37,893 bases of DNA from Candidatus Eiseniibacteriota bacterium (GTDB taxonomy: Bacteria; Eisenbacteria; RBG-16-71-46), in NCBI GenBank assembly GCA_037917155.1, contig JBAIWU010000496.1, positions 1-37,893 of the forward strand. Direction: 5' to 3'. Below the pieces are notes generated by a model. That model worked only from the letters and a program-made list of their open reading frames with translations, was not told where the DNA came from and made no database searches. Numbering within the stretch: position 1 is the first letter of the stretch; each line of letters begins with the position of its first letter. A program made the translations under genes and the position numbers. Shown here piece by piece: positions 31,086 through 37,893 of this stretch.

Positions 31086-33566
31086 CTAGTGCAGCACCAT
31101 GACCCGCCGCACGAGCACACGCCCCTCAACCTCCAGTCGCGCCAGGTAGAGCCCCGCCCCCACCGCGTGCCCGCGGTCGTCGGTGAGGTTCCATGCGGCT
31201 TCGTGCGCGCCCGCCGGCTGCGCGGCGTCGACCAGGCCCCGCACCCGTCGCCCGCTCACGTCGTAGAGCGTCAGTCGCACGCTGGCGTCCCGCGGAAGGG
31301 CGTAGCCCAGCGTCGTCGGCCCACGCGCAGGATTCGGCGCCGGCGGTGCCAGCGCCAGCTCACGGGGCAGCGACGAACCGTCCACGGCCAGCGCGCCGGC
31401 CGGCAACAGCAGCGTGCTCGCGCTCTCGTTGCCGTGCACGTCCACCGCGGTGAGCCGGTAGTAGTACGGCGCGCCCGCCGCGTCGCTGTACACGGTGTCC
31501 GCCGGGGTGGCGATCCGGTTCGAGGGTGCCGGCACGAAGGACGCGATGGTGCTGCGATACAATCGGTAGCCCGCGAGATCGGGGACCGCGTCGGGGGCCC
31601 AGTGCAGGGACGCCACGCCGCCGCTGTAGGTGCCGGCGAACGGGGCCGGCGGATAGGGCGCCAGGTTGTCCACCGAGTAGCCTGAGTCCGGCGCCGACTG
31701 CCAGAACTCCATCCCGCCCGCGGATTCGGCGACGACCATCAGCGAGGTCTTCTGGTTGCCGGTGCTCATCGAGTCCGAGGTCGTGGGCACGACGGCGCTG
31801 TAGCCGGGAAGCATCAGAGCCTGCTGCGTGGCGACGTAGCCCCAGTACACCACCTGCGCACCGTCGCGGGTCGCGCGCCAGGCCGGCCGCGCAGCCGCCG
31901 GGCCGGACCCCGGCACGTCCGCGCGCTCGAGCGCCGCGCGCGCGGCTGCCGCCGCCACCCCACCGGGAACGCGGCGCCAGATCGTGTACTGGGTCACCGT
32001 GCGCGAAGGGTCCGCGTCGAGGTAGCTGGCCGACCACTGCAGCGAGACCTGCCCGCCATTGTCGTTCGGCACGTCGGCGATCGAGGTGATGCGCGGGCGC
32101 GCGTCGCCCAGCGCGCCGAACTGGTCCAGGTTCTGCGCGTAGATGCCCGCGTAGCCGGACCACGGCGTGGACCCGCGCATGTCGCCCCAGGCGAACAACG
32201 CCCCGGCGCTGCCGTCGGCCACCGTCGCCGGCGCCTGGGAGCCGGAGTCGATCAGGCCCCCCATGTCGACCGGATTCCCCCCGTACGCCCAGCCCGGCGC
32301 GATGTTGCCGTTGCCCAGCACGCGCACCGCGTAGAGCAGGTAGTCCAGCCCGAGCCGGTCATCCAGGAACGCGATCACCGCGCCGCCCGTGCCGTCGGAG
32401 ACCATGGTCTCGGGCAACTGGTTCACGGGCGCCACCGCCAGGGCCACGCCGCCCGCCGGCCAGCCCGCGTACGGCAGCGCGTAAGGGCCGAACCGCTGCG
32501 CGAACAGGTCCGGCGATCCGTAGCGGAAGTCATCGAATGCGAGGAAGAGGCCGCCGCTGCCGTCGTTCATCGCCAGGGGTCCGCTCTGGTTCACGTTCTG
32601 CTCGGGGACGAGGAACTTGTAGCCGCCCCAGGTCGGGTCGTTCGTGCCGTTGGCGAGGAAGTGGTTGCCGCTGAGGTTGGTGTACGAGACGGGACCGTTG
32701 TCGGCGCAAACGGCGTACACGCCGCCGGAGTTGTCGGGCGCGATATCGAAGCCGTACTGGTTGAATCCCGAGCCCGTGCCGATGTAGAGCGGCCCCCAGA
32801 CGGTCCCGCCACTCGAGTTGAACCGCGCGACCTTCTGGTGCTGCAGGCTCCCGTTGTCGTTGTCGGACCAGCCGAGGAAGAAGCCGCCGCTGCCGTCCGG
32901 CAGGGCCTTCGGGAAGTTCTGGATCCCCACCGGCGTGTAGAGCCCGTTCGACCACGCCAGCGCTCCGGCCGCAGTGACGTGTGCGCCGTAGATGTCCTGG
33001 TCGCTGGTGCCGTACTGCAGCGTCCAGACGACGAACGCGCCGCCCGCGCCGTCGGGGGTCATGGTCGGCGAGTACTCGTCCTTGATCGCGGAGACGCCGC
33101 TGGTCGAGACGAGCAACCCGTTCGAGTTGAAGCCCGTCGCGTACGTGGCGCCGCCCGTCACGCGGGTGAGGTAGATGTCGCGGGTCGTGCCGCGCACGTC
33201 GGACCACGCCACGTACGCGCCGCCCGCACCGTCGCCCAGCAAGGTCGGCGTGTACTCGCCGGCCGCATTGGCGCACACCTGCAGCCCGCCCGCAGGCCAA
33301 CCCGCGAACACGGCCCCCGTGCCGGTGAGGCGCTGGACGTAGACGTGCGAGAGGCCGGCCCGCGTGTCGACCCACGTGACCAAGATGCCCCCGCTGCCGT
33401 CGGAGACCGCGCCGCCGAACTGGGTCATGAAGCCGGTCGGCGCCACGGTGACCGGGGTGTAGGCGTCGCTCCCGAACTGGGCGCGGGCGGGGATGGCGAT
33501 CGCGACGGTCAGCGCGGCGGCGAGCAGGGCGACGATGCGGGAGCGAATGGCGCCTGGGCGCGACAT
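31086..33566 (-). CDS. Secreted repeat protein: eight DGxGG-type repeats (probable propeller), then the same FN3-like module and FlgD-Ig/T9SS type-A-like C-terminal domain as 26851..28740
   Basis: ATG 33566 gives the signal peptide MSRPGAIRSRIVALLAAALTVAIAIPARA. The repeats are of the form SDGSGGILVTWVDTRAG..HVYVQRL, GDGAGGAYVAWSDVRGTTRDIYLTRV and so on. The tail is ITSIADVPNDNGGQVSLQW...APDSGYSVDNLAP...YRLYRS...VDVHGNES...APNPARGPTTLGYALPRDASVRLTLYDVSGRRV...RRVMVLH. Confidence 0.85.
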   Translation of the reverse strand: MSRPGAIRSRIVALLAAALTVAIAIPARAQFGSDAYTPVTVAPTGFMTQFGGAVSDGSGGILVTWVDTRAGLSHVYVQRLTGTGAVFAGWPAGGLQVCANAAGEYTPTLLGDGAGGAYVAWSDVRGTTRDIYLTRVTGGATYATGFNSNGLLVSTSGVSAIKDEYSPTMTPDGAGGAFVVWTLQYGTSDQDIYGAHVTAAGALAWSNGLYTPVGIQNFPKALPDGSGGFFLGWSDNDNGSLQHQKVARFNSSGGTVWGPLYIGTGSGFNQYGFDIAPDNSGGVYAVCADNGPVSYTNLSGNHFLANGTNDPTWGGYKFLVPEQNVNQSGPLAMNDGSGGLFLAFDDFRYGSPDLFAQRFGPYALPYAGWPAGGVALAVAPVNQLPETMVSDGTGGAVIAFLDDRLGLDYLLYAVRVLGNGNIAPGWAYGGNPVDMGGLIDSGSQAPATVADGSAGALFAWGDMRGSTPWSGYAGIYAQNLDQFGALGDARPRITSIADVPNDNGGQVSLQWSASYLDADPSRTVTQYTIWRRVPGGVAAAAARAALERADVPGSGPAAARPAWRATRDGAQVVYWGYVATQQALMLPGYSAVVPTTSDSMSTGNQKTSLMVVAESAGGMEFWQSAPDSGYSVDNLAPYPPAPFAGTYSGGVASLHWAPDAVPDLAGYRLYRSTIASFVPAPSNRIATPADTVYSDAAGAPYYYRLTAVDVHGNESASTLLLPAGALAVDGSSLPRELALAPPAPNPARGPTTLGYALPRDASVRLTLYDVSGRRVRGLVDAAQPAGAHEAAWNLTDDRGHAVGAGLYLARLEVEGRVLVRRVMVLH
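32112..33434 (-). repeat. In-frame tandem coding repeats (about 45-60 aa, 8 copies) of the DGxGG(a/v)xxxW-D-R...(D)IY-QR type
   Basis: Repeat cores sit at about aa 56, 112, 172, 224, 278, 335, 391 and 451 of the protein. Confidence 0.65.
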
Positions 33567-33877
33567 GGGGCCTCCGACTGCGTTTCCACTCGGTGTGGGT
33601 GACCCGCGTCTTCATCGGGGCGGCCGCTTGGGTCCTCCTGCCAGCCCCGTCCCGCGGCGCGGTGAGCGGAGCACCACGAGCCGAACGTCCGGGCAGGGCC
33701 CGCGCGTTCGACATCTCCGGGGCCGCCGTGGGGGCGTGGTGCAGCAGTGGAACATCATCAATTCTGGGTGGCCAGCTGGACGTGGAGCAAGCGGAAACTG
33801 CGGAGCCCGCTCCCCGCGGCCCGGGAGGGCGAGGCGGATGTCCCCGAGGCCCGGGGGCCGATGCGCCCGCCCCAGCC

Positions 33878-34372
33878 TCAGCGGGGGTTCGTGTTCAGCA
33901 TCTCCAGGATCTTCTCCTGCTGCTCGAGCAGCTGCAGCTGCTGGACGTTGATCGTGTGGAGCGCGGTCAGCGTCTCGTGATCGGCCTCGGCGCGCGCGTC
34001 CTGGCTCGCGGAGATGAGGTTCTGGCCCACGATGATGATGGGCAGCAGCACGAGTTGCAGGAACGACTGGCTGAGCCACGAGACGCCCGTCACGGCATCG
34101 CCCTTGAGGAACGCCCCCAGTGCCTGGGGCAGCGATACCAGGCTGATCGCCAGGAACAGGTACGCCGCCCACATCGTGCCGACGCTGCGGGTGACCAGGA
34201 GCGCGACCGCGTTGTTGAACTTCGCGATGGGCCTGTCCCGGTGCATGCGGGCGCGCACGTGGTGACTGGTGACCAGTCGCGGAACGTGCGCCCTGGGCGC
34301 CGACTTCGCGGCGGCGAGGGCCTCTCGGTGCTGCTCGGTGCTCAGTGCGGGCGTGTGCCGGGCGCTGGCCAT
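33878..34372 (-). CDS. Small two-TM membrane protein with a C-terminal coiled coil (DUF1003-like; family assignment tentative)
   Basis: ATG 34372 lies 6 nt after GGAGGA. The two helices are GTMWAAYLFLAISLVSL and FLQLVLLPIIIVGQNL, followed by SASQDARAEADHETLTALHTINVQQLQLLEQQEKILEML. Confidence 0.55.
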   Translation of the reverse strand: MASARHTPALSTEQHREALAAAKSAPRAHVPRLVTSHHVRARMHRDRPIAKFNNAVALLVTRSVGTMWAAYLFLAISLVSLPQALGAFLKGDAVTGVSWLSQSFLQLVLLPIIIVGQNLISASQDARAEADHETLTALHTINVQQLQLLEQQEKILEMLNTNPR

Positions 34373-34610
34373 GCGTGTCCTCCGTTCGGTTTCGTGGAGC
34401 TGGTTCGGGCGTTGTCCCGATCGACCGTGGGGATCGCGGAGCACTCCGAGGCGACGGTCACCTGTCCGCGAACTCGGGTCAAGCCGGCAGCGCGGCCGGT
34501 CGCCCGCGCCGGCCGAATCCCGTAGTCTCCCCGGATGCTGCCCGGCGCCCACACCCGGCGGCTCGCCCCCGCTGGATAGGTCCGCCCGCATTGCCTTCAG
34601 GAGACCGCCC

Positions 34611-37600
34611 GTGAATCGATCGATCGCGCCCGCTTCGTGGCTCGGACTCGTGGCCGCCCTGGCCCTGTTCCCGATTCCCACCGACTCCGCCCAGGCGGCC
34701 GACCGCGCGCTGTGGCTCCGCTACCCTGCGATCTCGCCCGACGGGAGGACCATCGCCTTCGAGTACCGTGGCAACCTCTGGAAGGTGTCGTCCGAGGGCG
34801 GCGTGGCCACGCCGCTCACCGTCGGCGATTCCTACAACTCGATGCCGGTGTGGTCGCCGGACGGCGGCACGATCGCGTTCGCGTCGGACCGGAACGGCAA
34901 CCTCGACGTGTACGTGATGCCCGCCGAGGGCGGGCGCGCGACCCGGCTCACCTACCACTCGGCGGACGAGATTCCCTCGAGCTTCACGCCCGACGGCAAG
35001 TCGGTGCTGTTCTCGGCCTCGATCCTCGACGCGGCGACCAACTCGGAGTTCCCGACCGCGGCGCGCCCGGAACTCTACAAGGTGGACCTCCAGGGGCACA
35101 TGCCCGAGCAGGTGCTCACCACGACGGCGCTCTACGCGGTCTACGACCACGACATGAGGCGCCTCCTCTACTCGGACCAGCGCGGATACGAGATGGAGTG
35201 GCGCAAGCACGACCACTCCTCGTTCGCCCGGGACGTCTGGATCGAGGACGTCCCCGCCAACAGGTTCACCCGGCTCACGGCGTACGGCTACGACGACCGC
35301 CAGCCCGTGTGGGGCCCGGACGAGCAGTCCATCTTCTACCTCTCGGAGAAGAGCGGAACGTTCAACGTCTGGACGATGAAGCTCTCCGATCCCGCGCATC
35401 CGACCCAGGTGACGTCGCACGCGGGCAGCCCCGTGCGCTTCCTGTCCGCCTCGCGCTCGGGCGACCTGTGCTACGCGTACGACGGCGAGCTGTGGGTGCG
35501 GCGCGCCGGCGCCACCGAGAGCCGGCGGCTGGCGATCAGCACCACCGCCGACGACGTGGGCCGCGTCGTCAAGCCGACGGACGTTTCGTCGCAGATCACC
35601 GAGTTCGACGTCTCGCCCGACGGCAGCGAGATCGCCTTCGTCGCGCGCGGCGAGGTCTTCGTGACCTCGACCGAGCACGGGGACACGCGGCGCATCACGA
35701 ACACGCCCGAGCAGGAGCGCTCGGTGAGCTTCTCCCCGGACGGCCGGACCCTGCTCTACGCCTCGGAGCGCGGGCAGAGCTGGAAGATCTTCCGCACCGA
35801 CCTCACGGACAAGGACGAGCCGAATTTCTTCAATGCGACGGGCTTCAAGGAGACGCCCGTGGTCGCGGGCGCGGCCGAGGATTTCCAGCCGAGCTTCTCG
35901 CCGGACGGCAGCGAGATCGCGTACCTCGAGGACCGCACGACGCTCAAGATCCTGAACCTGAAGACGGGCCAGTCGCGCGTCGTGCTCCCCGGAGACAAGA
36001 ACTACTCCTACGCCGACGGCGACCAGGCCTACGAATGGTCGCCGGACGGTCGCTGGCTGGCCGTGCAGTTCCTCAGCCCGGGACGCTGGTCGAGCGAGGT
36101 CGGCGTCGTTTCGGCCTCGGGTGACCAAAAGGTCGTCAACATCTCCCAGAGCGGGTACGAGGACGAGAGGCCGCGCTGGTCGCGCAAGGGCGAGGTGCTC
36201 TACTGGCGGAGCGACCGCCAGGGCCTGCGCACGCAGTCGGGCGAGGGGCGCGAGGCCGACGTGTACGCCGCCTTCCTCACGCACGCGGCCTGGGACCGCT
36301 ACCAGCTCGACCAGGCGGCCTACGACCAGCTCACCGCAAAGGAGAAGGACAAGGAGAAGGGCGCGGCGAAGGACAAGGCCGCCGGGACCGAGAAGGAAGC
36401 GCCGAAGCTGGCCGAGCCGGTCGCGATGGACTTCGAGCGCATCGAGGACCGCGTCGCGCGCCTGTCGTTCAGCTCGTCCGAGCTCGCCGACGCGGCGCTC
36501 TCGGACGACGGCGAAAACCTCTACTTCCTCGCGCGCTACGACAAGGGCTACGACCTCTGGAAGTACGTGCCGCGCAAGAAGGAGATCAAGATCGTCGCGA
36601 AGTTCGGCGCCCAGGGCGCCAGCCTCCAGCTGGGCGCCAAGGGCAAGAAGGCGTTCGTGCTCCACGACGGCCGGCTGTCGGTGGTGGATCTGGACTCCGA
36701 GAAGGAGACCGCCGTCGGCCTGTCGGCGAAGATGGACCTCGACCAGGCCCAGGAGCGCGCCTACATGTTCGAGCACATCTGGCGCCAGACCCTGAAGAAG
36801 TTCCTCGACGTGAAGATGCACGGCGTGGACTGGCAGGCGCTCAAGACCGAGTACGCGCGCTTCCTTCCGTACATCGGCAACGACCGCGACTTCGCCGAGC
36901 TGTGCTCGGAGATGCAGGGCGAGTTGAACGCCTCGCATACCGGCTGCCGGTACCGGCCGACCCGCACCGACGGCGACGACACCGCGGCGCTCGGCTTCTT
37001 CCCCGATCCGAAGCACACCGGGCCGGGAATCGGCATCCTCGAGGTGATCGAGGGCGGACCGCTGCAGAAGTCGGCGACGCGGATCAAGGCGGGCACCGTG
37101 ATCGCGGCGATCGACGGCACCACGATCGCCGCCGGCGACAACTGGTACCGGCTGCTCAATCGCAAGGCCGGCACTCCGGTGCGCCTGTCGCTGCTGGACC
37201 CGCGCACGAACACCCGCTGGGACGAGACGGTGAAGCCGATCTCGTGGGGCGATCAGTCCCAGCTCCTGTACCGGCGCTGGGCGCGCGCCAACCACGACGA
37301 GGTCGTGAAGCTCTCGGGCGGCCGCCTCGGCTACTCGCACATCCGCGGCATGAGCGACGGCCCCTATCGCGAGATCTTCCAGGACATCTTCGGCCGCGAC
37401 ACCGAGAAGGAGGCGATCGTCCTCGACACGCGGTTCAACGGAGGCGGCAACCTCGACGAGGCGCTCACCGAGTTCCTGAGCGGACGTGTCTTCATGCGCA
37501 GCGTGCCGCGCGGGCAGTACCTGGGCGACGAGCCGATGAACCGCTGGACCAAGCCGTCCATCGTAGTGATGAACGAGGGCAACTACTCCGACGCCCACTG

Positions 37601-37880
37601 TTTCCCCATGGCCTACACCGAGCTCGGGATCGGCCAGACCGTCGGCATGCCCGTCCCCGGCACGTGCAGCTCGGTGTGGTGGGAGCGACTGCAGGACCGC
37701 GACCTGATCTTCGGCATCCCCGAGGTCGCGATCTACGACATCGCGGGCGACATCATGGAGAACAAGCAGCTCGAGCCCGACTACCTCGTCGTCCCGGATC
37801 CCGCGCTCGAGGCGGCCGGGCGCGACCAGCAGCTCGAGAAGGCGGTCGAGGTGCTGCTCGCGAAGTTGCCGAAGAAGTAG
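34611..37880 (+). CDS. Tricorn protease homolog (periplasmic; TolB-like propellers + PDZ + S41 peptidase domain)
   Basis: GTG 34611 lies 7 nt after AGGAG, followed by a signal peptide. The N-terminal region reads LWLRYPAISPDGRTIAFEYRGNLWKV, VWSPDGGTIAFASDRNGNLDVYVMPAEGG, and further FSPDG repeats follow. The C-terminal part has LGYSHIRGM and VVMNEGNYSDAHCF, which match my memory of the tricorn His and Ser regions. At 1089 aa it is the size of a tricorn protease. Confidence 0.82.
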   Translation: MNRSIAPASWLGLVAALALFPIPTDSAQAADRALWLRYPAISPDGRTIAFEYRGNLWKVSSEGGVATPLTVGDSYNSMPVWSPDGGTIAFASDRNGNLDVYVMPAEGGRATRLTYHSADEIPSSFTPDGKSVLFSASILDAATNSEFPTAARPELYKVDLQGHMPEQVLTTTALYAVYDHDMRRLLYSDQRGYEMEWRKHDHSSFARDVWIEDVPANRFTRLTAYGYDDRQPVWGPDEQSIFYLSEKSGTFNVWTMKLSDPAHPTQVTSHAGSPVRFLSASRSGDLCYAYDGELWVRRAGATESRRLAISTTADDVGRVVKPTDVSSQITEFDVSPDGSEIAFVARGEVFVTSTEHGDTRRITNTPEQERSVSFSPDGRTLLYASERGQSWKIFRTDLTDKDEPNFFNATGFKETPVVAGAAEDFQPSFSPDGSEIAYLEDRTTLKILNLKTGQSRVVLPGDKNYSYADGDQAYEWSPDGRWLAVQFLSPGRWSSEVGVVSASGDQKVVNISQSGYEDERPRWSRKGEVLYWRSDRQGLRTQSGEGREADVYAAFLTHAAWDRYQLDQAAYDQLTAKEKDKEKGAAKDKAAGTEKEAPKLAEPVAMDFERIEDRVARLSFSSSELADAALSDDGENLYFLARYDKGYDLWKYVPRKKEIKIVAKFGAQGASLQLGAKGKKAFVLHDGRLSVVDLDSEKETAVGLSAKMDLDQAQERAYMFEHIWRQTLKKFLDVKMHGVDWQALKTEYARFLPYIGNDRDFAELCSEMQGELNASHTGCRYRPTRTDGDDTAALGFFPDPKHTGPGIGILEVIEGGPLQKSATRIKAGTVIAAIDGTTIAAGDNWYRLLNRKAGTPVRLSLLDPRTNTRWDETVKPISWGDQSQLLYRRWARANHDEVVKLSGGRLGYSHIRGMSDGPYREIFQDIFGRDTEKEAIVLDTRFNGGGNLDEALTEFLSGRVFMRSVPRGQYLGDEPMNRWTKPSIVVMNEGNYSDAHCFPMAYTELGIGQTVGMPVPGTCSSVWWERLQDRDLIFGIPEVAIYDIAGDIMENKQLEPDYLVVPDPALEAAGRDQQLEKAVEVLLAKLPKK

Positions 37881-37893
37881 GCGAGAGGGTCCA

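Noticed and set aside
26851-33566. A diversity-generating retroelement (template/variable repeat pair) explaining the two similar C-terminal regions
   Set aside because: There is no reverse transcriptase in the window. The similarity extends over ~330 aa with substitutions of all kinds rather than adenine-specific differences in a ~100-nt VR/TR pair. These are ordinary diverged paralogs.
1-37893. A prophage, IS element, integron or classical defence island (restriction-modification, toxin-antitoxin, CBASS, retron, Cas)
   Set aside because: I found no integrase, transposase, terminal inverted repeats, phage structural genes, nucleases, reverse transcriptase, cyclase or cas-like proteins in any frame I could read. 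The only mobile-DNA hint is the tRNA-like fragment at 18549-18573.

Overview
High-GC (roughly 70% by eye) bacterial chromosomal segment. It probably comes from an uncultivated diderm of the FCB-type lineages (Gemmatimonadota/Eisenbacteria-like). That placement is an inference from the GC content and from three secreted proteins ending in FlgD-Ig / T9SS type-A-like C-terminal tails. I support about 25 protein genes, mostly envelope or secreted. They include two Hanks-type Ser/Thr kinases (one fused to an alpha/beta-hydrolase-like domain, one to a TolB-like propeller), two tandem ICMT-family methyltransferases, an Omp85-family protein and a small OM beta-barrel. Also present are a SAM methyltransferase, a VOC protein, a CPBP protease, an O-methyltransferase and a translationally coupled pair of secreted alpha/beta hydrolases, the second broken by an in-frame TAG. 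Further genes encode a BNR-repeat lipoprotein, a MOSC protein, DUF1697, YceI, DUF4395, a DUF1003-like membrane protein and a tricorn-like protease. The most system-like locus is 22103-26062. It is an overlapping three-gene cassette: ECF-type sigma factor, zinc-finger anti-sigma factor, and a lipoprotein-signal TPR-CHAT (caspase-fold) protease. It is transcribed divergently from a 1012-aa mosaic surface protein and resembles the Csx29/Csx30/RpoE logic of type III-E CRISPR systems, but there is no cas gene or CRISPR array in the window. Other points of note are a tRNA-Glu-like 3'-end fragment with no tRNA body (18549-18573), an identical 13-nt string spanning the TAG stop of two unrelated genes, and a variable-head/constant-tail family of propeller proteins that includes an apparently unnamed DGxGG repeat. 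I saw no rRNA, intact tRNA, CRISPR array, transposase or integrase. Most long ORFs in the six-frame track are GC-driven shadow ORFs (Arg/Ala/Pro/Gly-rich) and were not called.
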